A stretch of DNA of 64,000 bases from Eledone cirrhosa (lineage: Eukaryota). The position numbers were made by a program, and so were the translations under genes. Each line of letters begins with the position of its first letter. Positions within the stretch are counted from its first letter, which is position 1. Positions 1 to 13,910 of this stretch are shown here, in pieces. The notes under the pieces were generated by a model that saw only the letters and a program-made list of their open reading frames with translations, was not told where the DNA came from and did not search any database. The stretch spans positions 296,050,001-296,114,000 of the forward strand of contig OZ024743.1 of NCBI GenBank assembly GCA_964016885.1, in the 5' to 3' direction.

Positions 1-458
1 TTCTTTCTTGGCTTAAAAACTGTAGTGTCTACTGTGCAGACTTGCATGTGGTGTTTTTGATTAATATTCCCTCAACCAACAATATGCCTTATGAAGTTAA
101 GAAAACATAACGATAACCCGAATGTTATAACAAAAGAGGATGCTGGGGATAAAAACTGCACTGGTTATTTATTAACAAAGATCGAAAATGTAAACACTGC
201 AACGCAGAGAAAAACAACGTAAGACGCTCAATGTAAACAGAACAAAGGGAAATAACTCGTCACTTACGCTCAAAAATCGATACATTAGATTCGATTTCGT
301 CACATAGGGTGGGTCAATTTGAAATTTTTTTTCCGATGTCTTCGCTAGGGCTCAATGTACAAGTATAGCAATTTCGGTGCAATTCCGTGAGAGATTCTAA
401 GAGGAGATGTGTGCCAAAAATCGATAGACAGACAGACAACCACAGCTTTATATATATA
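1..458 (-). mobile_element. Non-autonomous mini-Helitron (internal-deletion derivative), cut off by the window start
   Basis: 1-216 matches the 3'-terminal part of the adjacent Helitron (~524-740). 222-458 matches its 5'-terminal part (~7367-7605). The complete copy is at 55185-55707. Confidence 0.85.
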
Positions 459-1743
459 CTAGCAGTAAAGCCCGGCGTTGCTCGGGGTCGCTCAGTAGCT
501 GTGTTAAAGTTACAATGTTAAGTTTCTTTTTTGGCTTAAAAACTGTAGTGTCTACTGTGCAGACTTGCATGTGGTGTTTTTGATTAATATTCCCTCAACC
601 AACAATATGCTTTATGAAATTAAGAAAACATAACGATAACCCGAATGTTATAACAAAAGAGGATGCTGGGGATAAAAATTGCACTGGTTATTTATTAACA
701 AAGATCGAAAATGTAAACACTGCAACGCAGAGAAAAACATTAGCGTAACCAAATTATCAGTTATTTTGAAACAAAGAAATTGGATGGACATGAAGAACAA
801 AAAAAAAAATGCGTTATCTGAAGTCGAGGGGCAGGCAGCATCAAATAGGTTTGCACTTGTGATAAAAAATATTGACAATGTAATAGCTCAGATGTTTAAG
901 TATAAAGTATGAAGAGCTCATAACATACCCATGGTGAGTTTGACGGGCAGATTATAGACAGCCACAGCATGCGAAATGGATAGCTGCAGCAAAAGCCATA
1001 TTCACCAAAAAGAATCACTAAAATCAACAAAACAGAAATGCTGATTCCATTGCATCTTCAGGTGCAACTGAGAATGATGACGAAAGTTTACTTTGACGCA
1101 CCAGAAATGCTGTTGTCGCTTGTTGTCCATGTCGGAATGCATATTGAAACAATGAAAGAAATGACGGAAACAATCTGTGTATGTATGCGGCAAGTTGTGT
1201 GTGTCTACGTATTAAACGCCGGACTTGTCAGCGACTGGAGGGTGTCCTTAACAATCGAAAGCATCAATTCCAGAGTCCACTTTGACTTGCAAGCAATGCC
1301 GGGCCTATAGGTCTCGTGATGTGTCCTATGGTGTCAGAGGCGTTGTGCTTGTTAAGAAGTTGGCGTCATGTCGTCAGTTTCGAAGTTGCTGATGTCGCGT
1401 GTGTGTTAATGCATGAGCACGCATGTATGTCGTTCTTTTAACTGTGTGTGGGCGTATGTGTGGGTGCATATGATGGCGGTGTGTGCAAATACGAAGTGCG
1501 AATAAGTTTGTATATAGTTCTGTTGTTTGACATATATTTGTACAATGGTAGAAAATTCAAATGAGAAGTGATTCACTGTTGCATTGGTAACTGTAATTTA
1601 CTCTGCAAATGCACTGAAAGGTATGTCTAGGTGTCAATAGAATGCACTGCGTCAATGTTGAATAAGTCTCCTTTTTTCAGGTTTCGTAGATGCTATATAT
1701 TTAAGGCAGTTGGTGTAACATTGCCATTTTGAACATAAAAACT

Positions 1744-4700
1744 CTATAAAACCTCACGGTATACAATATTCTTTGTTTTTCCATTTGGAGCAAAGGCAAA
1801 AAGGTTATTCCGGCTGCCAACTCGAGAACATCCAACGTAGAATTGTCCATGTGAGAAACATGGTTCCTCCAGGTGAAGTCCTGCAACAGATAAAGTCTGA
1901 CCCTGGGACTTGTTGATGGACATAGCAAAGGCAGCACGAAGGGGAAATTGAGTTCTTTTAAAAGAATAGGGTGCATCCACTCCTGATGTAGTAAGAGTTA
2001 CCATAGGTATTAAAACATCTTCTCCTTTTCCACACCCTGACATAATCGTAGCATAAATAATGTGCTGTGACATCCTATTGACAACAAGGCGTGTACCATT
2101 GCAAAGCTTGGGAGGAGTTATATTCCTGAGAAGTATAACTGGACATCCTTCCTTGAGAGACAAAATATGTTGAGGTAGACCAGGAATGTCCAATGAATTG
2201 AGGAATTCAATGGGATAACTGACCGCATCATGTGGATCAACATTGGTATCAATAGACTTAAAAGTCATATCATTTCCAGGAAGACTTTCAAGCATTTAGC
2301 GATTAATGGCGGAGACAGTGACATTTGTAGGAACTAATATAGCCCTCTCACACAGCCATGTATGATTGCGGTAATTACCTACCAAGCTGGGAAAAACGGC
2401 TGCCATGAGATCTTCGACAGTGTTAACCAGACAGCATATATTGTCGAGTGCAATGTCTCTATGCACATCTGAAGGTACTTTGCCGTCGCCAAGAATGAGA
2501 AGGTCTTCAGCAAATTTTTCAGACACAGTATCGCCATGCAGTTGAATACGCATGTTAGTGGTCAGACGAAGTGTTGTTACCTGTTGCCACAATGGAGAAG
2601 ACTTCAGGCAGGCCCGAACTTGATCCGCTCTGGTGCCCTTTGGAATAACCGGCAAAGTTTGTCGAAAGTCCCCTGAAAGCAAAAGAGTTACACCCCCCAT
2701 GGTCTCCTGACAGTCTCTAATGTCTTTTAGCGTTCTATCTAAGGCCTCAATAGCTCCTTTGTGAGCCATGGTACATTCATCCCACACAATCAGTTGGCAC
2801 CGCCGTAGCAGTTCTGCTCTGGGACTATCCTTGGTGATGTCACAGAGCGGTGTTTCAGCTGATACCAAGTTAAGCGGAAGCTTAAAGGTAGAATGTGCTG
2901 TCCTACCGCCAGGAAGTAGTGTTGCAGCAATACCAGATGATGCAACAGCTATTGCGATAACTTCATTCTGTCTAACTTTGGCAAGAATAAGTTTAGTCAC
3001 AAAGGTTTTTCCAGTGCCTCCAGGGGCATCAAGAAAGAAGATACCACCCGATCGATGAAATACATAATCAGTGATAGTGTTGTATGCTAATTGTTGATCA
3101 GGAAGTAGTTTTGATTCCATTTCAAACACATATCTAGCTAGAGCATCGACATCATAAGATGTTTCTTGGATGATGAGAATTGGAATTTTATTAGAATCAG
3201 TGCGGTGGGTTTGTGGAAGACCGTATGCTGGCAAGGCATTCCCACCCATAAGGAAAATCCTGTCCTCTATATCTACAAGCCCTTTATTGTATAAATCATC
3301 ACTGAAATCTATTTCTATGTCAGGAAGTAGTAGTTGAGCCTGGTGAAGGAAGTCCTCAGACAGTTGGTTCCGAAACTTCAACCATAATGTGTAGGGATCA
3401 CAAATGTTACATAAGTGAAGAAGCTTTGCAAAGACCTCTCGTAGGCTTCCAGCTGAGTGTGATGAAGCGATCTCCACCAAGGTTGCATCCCATCGTGAGT
3501 CATCTTCAAGCATTCCACGAGCCAAACAGGCATCTCTGTATGTAGACCAAACACGATTACTGAAAGTTCTGAGGTCCTGAAAACTGGTCGGTCCTTTGAC
3601 CTCATGCAGTAGCATTCGAAGATAGAAGCAACTGTGTTGATTTGGAGGAATCGTATACACTCGCCCCAAGCAATTAGTGAATTTGATTCCAGGAACTCCA
3701 ATAACTGGTTGGCCAGTCTTTCTGCGACACCATGTTTTTTTATTCCATGTGTAGTATGATGGCACCTGAGGATACAGCAATGATTTTGCGAACTCATCGT
3801 ATTTGCACAGTTTGAAGAATCCAGTTAAAGTTGTCTCCCTTGGGGTCGGTGCTAATTCAGCGGCATTTTCATTGGTATAATACACCCGTTGACCGTGTTC
3901 TAGGTGTACATCTAATTTTACAATTGAAGGGTGCCTATCATGTATTGGAAAACCAAAGATTCGCCAAAAGGCCTCGCTACTACTTATGTATCGACCTACT
4001 TGGAATTGTGTTACTTCGTCTCTATTGTTTTCGTTGAGTATACCGAACGAAGCAGCGTCAGAACCTTTATTAACATACTTACATATGTATTTGATGCACT
4101 TGACGGAGCTACAGAATTCAACATTAATGTGTGCGTTGAAAGTACTGAGCAGGAGTGGACAATAGGGAATGATCCAACTGTTGTCAACCTCGCCATTCTT
4201 AACCCTAGCCGTAAAACCTCCATCTTCAGGTCGCCTACGTCTATATAATGGGTAGCCATCATTGCCAGTCTGAGTATCGCGAATAAATTGACGGGGAAAT
4301 TTTTTAGTGCATCTTTTATTGCCTGTAACGCATGGTAAGTCGGTTCTAAAGCCAGGCCCACATGGACCATGCACCATATGTGCCCTAACTTTCATGTACA
4401 AGTCCTTGTCAGTGGAAGGATCTGGTAATTCTGCAGAGATGATCCTGTCAATGTCGTTAGAACTAACCTTTGTTGTCAGCCAAATAAGAATATGAGCATG
4501 GGGGAGGCCCCTTTTTTGCCATTCGATTGTGTACATGTCACATTGAACTGGTCCGAAAACCTCACCTAATTTCATAAGATCCATAAGCTTAAGTAACTTA
4601 AGACGGAATACTCTAGCTGCGAGATCATGTCGGCGTGTGGTGTTCTGACCAGGAAGGAGTTCGTCCTCAATCTCCTTCCAATTGGGGTTACATGTAAAAG

Positions 4701-6517
4701 TTATGAATAAGTCTGGCCTACCGTAATGTCGTACAATTGTCACGGCGTCCTGAGTCCTTTCATGCATATATCGAGGGCTTCCCGTGAAGGTAAAGGGCAG
4801 AATGCATACTTTTCCAAGACTCTCAGGATCCGCATCATCGTTCATTCCATCCCGAAGGTGTATGTAGCTGTCACAACGCAACTTTTTTTTATTGAGTTTG
4901 ATAAAACACCATCTCTCTGATTCCATTTTTGCACACATGTCAGTTGCATACTGGTTGAAAAGGTCTTGAGAGCGGTGGAGGTGATTAAAACAGTCATCTC
5001 GGATCATGAATCGAAATGCATAGAAGTCCTTGCATGAAACTGTTTTGGTAGAATGAACCTCTGAATTGGTAGAGTTACATTGTGGAATGCCAAAATGGTA
5101 TCCATCCTCTCCATATACAAAAAGCAGTGGGTATTGGAGTGCGTCGTATGATCTGTGTGTTTCACTGATCCGTTGAAGTCCGTGGTCGCGATGCTTGATA
5201 ACAATGTCACGTTTGTTGTGCTGATCACCAGCGAGAAGTATCGCAACCTCATTCAAAGAAGGTGAATTATAGCGGCCTGCATGTTCTCCAGATGGCCGCT
5301 TGTCAGCATCAATGACAACATAGTAATTATCAACAGGAGCTGTTTCTAATGCATATTTAAAGCTCTGAACATAGCTGTTGTGACTATGAAGCATGTCTTG
5401 AAGTTCAAAAAGGAGCTCCTGTCTAGTGTCATAGGCAATTGAATATTTCCTTGTTGCTTGTGGACAGTCAGTTAAGTTATTTGTTTTTTTCTTTTGGGAA
5501 GGCAAATGTATTTCGCCTTGTAGCTTGTTGAAGGCAGTTGGACATGAAGTAGACCTGGAGAAAACGGGGCTCTTTATTATCTACAGGCTCCAGTGATCCG
5601 ATAAGATGATAAACCTGACCTTGAACTTTGAAAGTGGGCATAAATCCACCTTCATATTCATAACTCGATCCAAAAGATGTCATTTGGAAGGCACAATTAT
5701 AATGTCGAATATCTAGAAGGAAAGCTCTGGAGAGTGAATGGGTGTATGTAAGAAGAAGCCTCAATGGCTGTGGTGGATCTCTAGGAGGGTGCAAGTTGAC
5801 CTTACCATTAGAGCAGCACATTCCGGCTGGTTCGCCCGGCCACTTTTTAGCTTTGCAAAACTGGCAAATTCCAGACATGTCACCAATTTGAATATGAAGG
5901 TGTGTAGCATAATTATTAGCGGGGACATAATTGAAAGCCTTCAATGACCACCGTGATTTCGCAGCCCTCGAAATACCCCGCTTATTGGCTTTATACTGAA
6001 AAACACCCCCCAGTCGAATAGTTCGGTTACCTGCTGTCTCCGCTTCTCGCGCAGCTGCAGTAGCAGCCGCATCTCTGCCCTGACGAAGTATACGTTCAAT
6101 AGCATTCTCTGCAGCTCGAACAGTTGCAGTAACAGCCGCATCTCTGCTTTGACGGAGTTTACGTTGAACATCATTCTCTGCAGCTCGCGTAGCTGCTTTT
6201 GCCGTTGCATTTCTTGCAAGCTGAGTTTGACGTTCCACGTGTTTCACTGCAGCACATAAGGATGCAGTTGAAGAAGCATTTCTGGTGCGTCGGAATAAAC
6301 ATTCGTCATAATTCTCAGTTGCCTGTGAAGGTGCAATGGAAGCAGCATTTCTGTCCTGTTGACTCAAGCAACGCTCATCGATAGACAGAGCTGTTGTATT
6401 CACTGAACACCCCGCTATTTCAGGCTGTCTAATGCTCGACGACACCTCAGTCAACCTCCTTCTTTTTGTTATCTGAGACCGCGTCAGTCGTAATAAGGGT
6501 GTCCTTTTTTTAGGCAT
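1744..6517 (-). pseudogene. Helitron RepHel (HUH/Y2 Rep endonuclease + PIF1-like SF1 helicase), disrupted
   Basis: Zn motif CQFC...MCCSNGKV; EWQKRGLPHAHIL (HUH); KYICKYVNK (Y2); Walker A DAPGGTGKT; DECTM; GDFRQTLP; AMSINKSQGQTL; HGQFYVGCSRV. A +1 frameshift near the A7 run (~5484-5505) and an in-frame TAA at 2296-2298 split it into three ORFs. First ATG at 6517 (MPKKR). Confidence 0.93.
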
Positions 6518-6541
6518 CAGGGTGGTGGGCACGATTGAAAC

Positions 6542-6747
6542 CTAAAACAAACAATCCCTCCATTTCGTCAAGATAAAATGAAATTAAAGTAAATTCAGCC
6601 TTATAAGACCGTAAAATTAATTTAAGTAGAAGGCCTAACCGCCAACGCCATAGTGAAATCAACCAACTTATACTGAAAATAATCCAAACGTTTAATAGGG
6701 AAAGTTTGCTAACCGTCGTAATAAAAAAATAAATATCAATAACTTAC
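6542..6747 (-). other. Putative 5'-UTR spliceosomal intron of RepHel
   Basis: Minus-strand GTAAGT at 6747 and TTGTTTGTTTTAG ending at 6542, about 25 nt upstream of ATG 6517. Confidence 0.5.
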
Positions 6748-6912
6748 GAAGTAATGAACTCGCCGAACTTTTAAAGCGTTGTAGCATACAAAGGCAGTAC
6801 AGTGCAAATGAAGCTATTAAACAAACTGGAGATTCCAATTCACTCTACTAAAGATTTACTTAATCGTCTGCACATTCGCTAATCGTCTGCTCATTCCATA
6901 AAAGGGAAATAA

Positions 6913-7083
6913 TCGCCTATATCACCTCTCTGCATGACTGTCTGTCTGCACGCCTATATCACCTCTCTGCATGACTGTCTGTCTGCACGCCTATATCACC
7001 TCTCTGCACGACTATCTGTCTGCACGCGTATATCACCTCTCTGCACGACTGTCTGTCTGCACGACTGTCTGTCTGCACGCCTA
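6913..7083. repeat. ~37-bp minisatellite inside the Helitron 5' region
   Basis: Unit cgcctatatcacctctctgcatgactgtctgtctgca, about 4.5 degenerate copies. Also at 62162-62332. Confidence 0.9.
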
Positions 7084-8267
7084 ACGAAATTTACAGATAC
7101 ATATATTTTAAATAAACTTATATAATTTTTGCTTTTTTTTACGAAATATTTGCTTGTTTTACGTAGTCTTTAAATAGACTTGTTTTCAAGTAAAAATATT
7201 GTTTTAAAAGGCTTTTAAATGGAAATGAAGCAAAACGGAAGCTTAGTGTTCGAACTGATGAATTTTGCAGGTCAAAATTTTGCTGGCTCGACAACTGTTC
7301 GTGTATTGTGTTAATGTCATTTTAAACGCTGAGAAAGCCAGCGTAATTTTTTTAATTTTTGCACGCAGACGCTCAATGTAAACAGAACAAAGGGAAATAA
7401 CTGATCACTTACGCTCAAAAATCGATACATTATATTCGATTTCGTCAGATAGGGCGGGTCAATTTGAAATATTTTTTTTCCGATGTCTTCGCTAGGGCTC
7501 AATGTACAAGTATAGCAATTTCGGTGCAATTCCGTGAGAGATTCTAAGAGGAGATGTGTGCCAAAAATCGATAGACAGACAGACAACCTCAGTTTTATAT
7601 ATATAGAATAGATAACGAAATAAATAACCGGATAGTCAATGCATTTTTATTGCAAGGATCACAGATAACTTTTTGATCATCCGCTTATTTGTGTGGAGTC
7701 AGTCATGGTTATTTCTTTTAACTACTTTGTTTGATATATTTATTATTTCGTACTGTACAACCAGATTTTAGTAAATATTATCATTTGGAATATAGATGAT
7801 GGACTTTCCAGTTTCTTATGACTCACCCTGTAGGATAAATTATACACTTTAGAAAAAATGGCAGAATATAATAACGGATCCAATTTAGAAGGGAAATATC
7901 AGAATACAATAGAGAATACAATTTAGAAAGAATCATAGAATATGGAGAATTCTATTTATAAGAAAACACGGAAATGAATAAATATCAAGATTGTTGTTAT
8001 AGGATATATAAGTAAGAAATATATAGAGAAAGAAAGAAAGAGTGACATAAAAAGTAAGAAAAAATAAAAGAAAGAAATTGAGAAAGTATTAAATTGAAAG
8101 TCCTATACGATATAAATATTCTACAATAATGTATAACTGAAGAATCTATCTGGTTTTACTATACCCGAACAATTTACGACCGTCCATATAAAAACGATGA
8201 CGGATTTGTAATTGTTTATTTCTCTATTCAAATCCATTTTCTGTCTCTCGCAATATCAACGTCATCT

Positions 8268-8423
8268 GAATTAGGCACAATACAAACAAAAATGGCAACA
8301 TACTATAATCTTGAATCCCTCTTCTTATTTGACTTTCACCCCAGAATTAGGCACAATACAAACAAAAAGGGCTACATACTATAATCTTGAATGATCCCTC
8401 TTCTTATTTGACTTTCACCCCAG
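8268..8423. repeat. ~76-80-bp direct duplication
   Basis: gaattaggcacaatacaaacaaaaa...gactttcacccca occurs twice in tandem. Confidence 0.85.
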
Positions 8424-8861
8424 CACCTTTTCTGCCCTTGTCAAATCAGTCGTACACGTAAATATAGTCCTTCTGATGAAATCTTCTACGTCATTGACCA
8501 GACCTGTTCATGCTTGCTGCTAGCCAGGGGAGAGTTACATTAAACTGGTGTGTTATACAATCTTTTAGCCTTTTTCTTCATCGGTTAGTATTTGCTCTTT
8601 CCCAATTTTGACAAATTTTTAATTTAAAATACTGTGTAGCTGTAAGGCAATTTTGTAGTTCAATGAACTCAATTGCCTAAACCAGTAACCTTGAGCACTA
8701 TCAGACTTTGGCACTTCCCAATTGGGCGTTCTAAGACTTTTCTTACTAACCGTCATTTTATCAAAGTATATATCATTTGGAGTTGTATGTCTCTTTTTCT
8801 CCCGTTTTAATTCTTCTAAACATTCAACTTTATATGTATGCTTTTGAAACAGCGAGCGAGT

Positions 8862-9032
8862 TTGAAAATAGAAATAAAAGCTTTCGCCGTATTTTTTACT
8901 AAAGAAATTTTAGCCTGATAGTGGGGTTTAGAACCCTCTAAGAAATGAAAAATAAGATGTGTATTGACGTCAATATCAGGCTGAAATTTCTTTAGTCAAA
9001 AATACAGTGAAAGATTCTAATTCGATTTTCAA
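8862..9032. mobile_element. MITE-like element with ~59-bp imperfect inverted arms
   Basis: 8862-8920 (ttgaaaatagaaataaaag...tagcctgata) is the imperfect reverse complement of 8974-9032. No TSD identified. Confidence 0.65.
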
Positions 9033-10106
9033 TTTTATATATCAGTCGACAGCAATAGATAATAGGTGACAAAAAAAAAGATTTGACTCCAGTATATACT
9101 ATGTTGTGCGACCGTGTAAAAGCTTGCTCCTATAATGGAATGTTCAGTTTGATCCTGAGATAGATGGAGGTATAGTACTATTTCATAATGATTCTTGTCC
9201 TCTCTTCAGTAAAATATCGTAGGTTTTTCACTATTTAACCTGTTTTAATGGTCAAGTTCTTTATATATTGTGTTATTTTTACTATCCCCAAATATCATTC
9301 CCCTCTTACCTCCTTCTGCATCAGAAATTGCGTCTCCGTCCACATACTTTCATTTAACTCTCAATATATTTTCTCTCCCATACTGATTGTACAGTTTCGT
9401 ATTTACCGGTTTATTCGTTCTTCATACTGATTAACCACAGCCGACTTCGCAGTCATTTGTTTCAATTCTTCTATAGACATTATTAGGCTCTTGTTTTGTG
9501 TGTTATACTTCATACCTATGTTTCCCCATAGCCTTCACTTGCTGTTTCTTTCTTTTTTTTCCGAAACATTAATGCCTCTTCTCTCCTCAGCGCCTCTATA
9601 TCCTAAATTATTATTCTTTATCAGCGTGCTTCATTATTTTTAGTATTCTTCCTTGTATCCCTCAGGCCTTTCTCATTTACTCTATATCTAATTCCAGCTA
9701 TTAATGATGTTTTGTTTCATACCACGCAGTCGATGAATAAAAGTACTTCTAGATTCACAAAAACTTTTACAAGCAATGGCTGCTGGACAGATATATGACA
9801 CTCTCTAACCAAATCTAAGAAGTGTGTTCTAATACGCGTGTGGGTGGTAACCCTAAAGGTCCTCTATGTACTTTTTATATATCTTATTATATTTACTATT
9901 ATTCTTTCGTATTTATTGATTCATTTATTTATTATAAGCCTATTATTCATAATATAGCATCTTTGACCCAGCCCTCAGTTTTATATAATTTATTTTGCTC
10001 ACACCCACGCGTTTCGTTTATGTTAACCCCCTCCGCCTTCTAGCTTATTTTAACGGTTCATAGGATATTTATGAATGATGAAGCTAAATAAAGATACATT
10101 TACTAT

Positions 10107-10333
10107 TAGGATTGGCAGAATCGGTAGCGTGTCCGACATCATGCTTTGCAGCATAGAGTTACGACCCTTTATGTTCTGAGTTCAAAAACCCGCCAAGATT
10201 AACTTTGCTTTTCATCCTTACGGGGTCGATAAAATAAAGTACCAGTAACGCACTGGGGTCGATTTAATCGACTTCCTCCTCCCCCAAAATTGCTGTCTTT
10301 TGTGCCAATTATTGTTATTATTATTATTATTAT
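10107..10333 (+). mobile_element. tRNA-derived SINE (octopus-type)
   Basis: A-box-like TGGCAGAATCGG and B-box-like GAGTTCAAA. Body ttcatcct...ggggtcgataaaataaagtaccagt...ctggggtcgatttaatcgac, then an (ATT)n tail. Homologous to 14333 and 14547. Confidence 0.8.
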
Positions 10334-10381
10334 TCGATAATGAACTGGGTATTTGCTGGCCTTGTGCCAAAAGTAGAAACA

Positions 10382-10414
<33 letters not shown>

Positions 10415-10599
10415 TCTCCACAAATGTCCCTCCCCTCCGAAGTCTCCCCCCTATTGGGGAATTTTTCATTGTTATTTTTTTTGTTACATCCTCTGTTTTT
10501 GTTTTTACACGCAGAAATGCCCATTTGTACCGTCCTGTATTGTCCTGCACTGTCCTTAATGTCTACTTTATGTAAACCCTTGTGGTTAATAAAGAAATC
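10415..10599 (+). mobile_element. Tx1-like LINE 3'-UTR fragment inserted in (ATT)n
   Basis: Shares ccccctattgggg, tgtaaac and ccttgtgg..aataaagaaatc with the 3' UTRs of the other Tx1-like copies. (ATT)n on both sides. Confidence 0.7.
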
Positions 10600-10605
10600 A
10601 TTATT

Positions 10606-10655
<50 letters not shown>

Positions 10656-11226
10656 CATTTTTATCTTTATCACCATCATTGTCATCTTTATTATTATCAT
10701 CACAATTACCATCGTCACCACCATCATCATCACCACGACCATCAACATCCTCCTCCTCCTCCTCCTCCTCCTCACCATTATCTTCACAATCTTCAACATA
10801 TTCACTATCATCATCACCATCATCGTCATAACTATCATCATCTACAAAAGCATTATTATTTACATCACCATCACCATCACCATCACACTCACACTCACAC
10901 TCACCAACACTACCATCATCCTTATCATCACTATTATCATCATCATCACCATCATCTTCACTACCCTCACCATCACTACCACCATCATCATCACCATCCT
11001 CATCATAATCATCAACACTACTCACGGTATCACCACCATCACCAGCGCCACCATTATCATCATCATCATCATTAATACAGTCATCACTACTCTCACCATC
11101 ATCACCAGCATCAGCGTCACTATCATCATCATTATCATCACTACCTTCCTCATCATCAGCAGCATCCGCACCACTACCACCACCATCATCATCATCATCA
11201 TCATCATCGCCATCATTATCATCACG

Positions 11227-11268
<42 letters not shown>

Positions 11269-12768
11269 GCCATCCACATCATCATCACTACCACCATCAC
11301 TACCACCATCATCATCATCATCATCATCATCTTCATCATCACCACCACCAACATTATCATCATCACCACCACCACCACCACTACCATCATCATCATCATC
11401 ATTGTTATTATCATCATCGCCGTCATTATCATCATGACCACCATCATCATCATCATCATCATCATCACCATCATCATCAGCGTCATCACCCCCGCCACCA
11501 CCCCACACCGACCACTACCATCAGCTTCATCATCACCATCATCATCCCCACCAACACCACCACCATCGTCATCATCATCATCATCATTGTCGTCGTCATC
11601 ATCACCGCCAACACCACCACCATCATCATCACCACCACCATTACCATCATCATCGTCATTATCATCACCGCCACGACTACCATCGCCATCATCACCATCA
11701 CCATCATCACCCCCCCCCCACCATACCACCACCATCACCACCACCACCACCACGACTACCACCACCATTACAACTACCACCACCACCACCACTACCATCA
11801 CCATCACCATTACCATCATCATCACCCCTACCATACCACCACCACCACCACCACCACCATCACCACCACCACCACCACGACTACCACTACCACCATCACC
11901 ATCATCATCATCACCATCATCATCATCACCCCCATCATACCACCACCACACCACCACGACTACCACCACCATTACCATTACCATCACCATCATCACCCCC
12001 AACACCATCACCACTACCACCACCACCACCATCACCGCTACCACCACCACAGCACCCCCAACACCATCACCACTACCACCATCACCACTACCACCATCAC
12101 CATCACCATCATCATCATCATCATCACCCCCACCATACCCCATACCACCACCACCACGACCATCATCACCACTACTACCACCACCACTACCACCACCACT
12201 ACCACCACCACCACCATCATCACCATCATCATCACCATCCCTACCATACCACCACCACCACCACCACGACCATCATCACCACCACTACCACCACCACCAC
12301 CACCACTACCACCACCACCACCATCACCATCATCATCATCATCATCCCCACCATACCACCACCACCACCACCACCACCACCATCATCACCACCACTACCA
12401 CCACCACTACCACCACCACTACCACCACCACCACCATCATCACCATCATCATCACCATCCCTACCATACCACCACCACCACCACGACCATCATCACCACC
12501 ACTACCACCACCACCACCACCACCACTACCACCACCACCACCATCACCATCATCATCATCATCATCCCCACCATACCACCACCACCACCACCACGACCAT
12601 CATCACCACCACTACCACCACCACTACCACCACTACCACCACCACCACCACCACCACCACCACCACCACCACCACCACCATCATCATCACCATCCCCACC
12701 ATACCACCACCACCACCACCACCACGACCATCATCACCACCACTACCACCACCACTACCACCACCACC

Positions 12769-12800
<32 letters not shown>
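10600..12800. repeat. Compound trinucleotide tract (ATT/CAT/CAC/CCA)
   Basis: About 2.2 kb of degenerate triplet repeats with internal higher-order duplication. All frames give homopolymer peptides. Confidence 0.95.
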
Positions 12801-13104
12801 ATTTATGTATGACTTACACCCAAAACTACTTGCTCAGTCCTCCTAGTCTGTCTGGTGCCATTGTTATCAAGGTTGCTTGCCGCGTTTTTCGCCAACGTCT
12901 CATTGTAGTCGTTTCATACGTTAATTATTCAATCTTTTATTTGGCATGTTTATGTACTTTAATAAATCTTTAATACATGCTATACACCACTTTTAAGCTG
13001 GCTTTTATTTCCTTCCTACTTTTCTTGCCTTCCTCTAACAATTGAAATGCTTCTATTATTTTATTTCTCTTGAATTATTTTATTTTATTTCATTCTAATT
13101 ATCG

Positions 13105-13910
13105 TTTTGTTGCTGTTGTTGCTGTCTTAGTCGACGGTATTGTGGTTGTGGTTGATCTTGTGGTGATAGTAGTTGTTGTTGCTGCTGTTTTTTGCTGTTG
13201 TTGTTCTTCTTCGTCTTTTCTTCTTCTCTTTCTTCTTTTCTTCTTCTTATTCTCCTTTTTTTCTTCTTTTCTTCTTCTTCTTCTTCTTCTTCTTCTTCTT
13301 CTTCTTCTTCTTCTTCTTCTTCTTCTACTTCTTCTTCTTGATGTTCTTGTTGTTGCAGGCTTAGCCGTATATTATTGTAGTTGTAGTTGCTCTTGTGGCA
13401 GTTGTTATTATTGTTTTACTGTTCTTTATTCTTGTCATCGTCGTTGTCGTTGTTGTTGTTCTCGTTGTTGTTGTTGTTGTTGTTGTTGTTGTCGTCGTTG
13501 CTGTTGTTGTTGTTGTCGTCGTTGGCGTCTGTCGTCGTTGTTGTCGTTGTTGCTGTCATTGTTTTTGTAGTCGTTGTTGTTGTTGTAGCTGTTGTTGTTG
13601 CTGTCGTTGTTGTTATTGTTGTCGTCGTTATTGTTGTCGTCGTTGTTGTCGCTGCTGTCGTTGTCGTTGTTGTTGTTGTTGTTGTTGTCGTCGCTGTTGT
13701 TGTCGTTGTTATAGCTGTTGTCGTTGTTGTTATTGTTGTCGTCGTTGTTGTTGTCGTCGTTGTTGTTGTTGTTGCTGTCGTCGTTGTTGTTGTTGTTGTT
13801 GTTAGTGTTGTCGTTGTTGTTGTTGTCGCTGCTGTCGTTGTCGTTGTTGTTGTTGTCGTCGTCGTCGTTGTTGTTGTTGTCGTCCACGTTGTTGTTGTTG
13901 TTGTTGTTTG
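13105..13910. repeat. (GTT/GTC/CTT)n tract
   Basis: Seen directly in the sequence. Confidence 0.95.

Larger units (their letters stand above)
459..7612 (-). mobile_element. Full-length Helitron, copy 1
   Basis: Minus strand begins A|TCTATTCTATATATATAAAA (7612). It ends with GC hairpin CCCGAGCAACGCCGGG (486-471), 8 nt, then CTAG|T (462-459). Encodes RepHel. Confidence 0.93.
1..8751. repeat. Segmental/tandem duplication, copy A
   Basis: Matches 55250-64000 at a constant offset of 55,249. About 11 substitutions seen by eye and no indels. Confidence 0.97.

Noticed and set aside
2296-2298. Stop-codon read-through or a deliberately split helicase
   Set aside because: A single TAA in the middle of the helicase domain is most simply a nonsense mutation. 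Its presence in both copies is explained by the duplication.
5477-5505. A_AAA_AAC heptamer as a programmed -1 frameshift in RepHel
   Set aside because: The downstream ORF is in the +1 frame, so a -1 slip would not reach it. A homopolymer indel is simpler.
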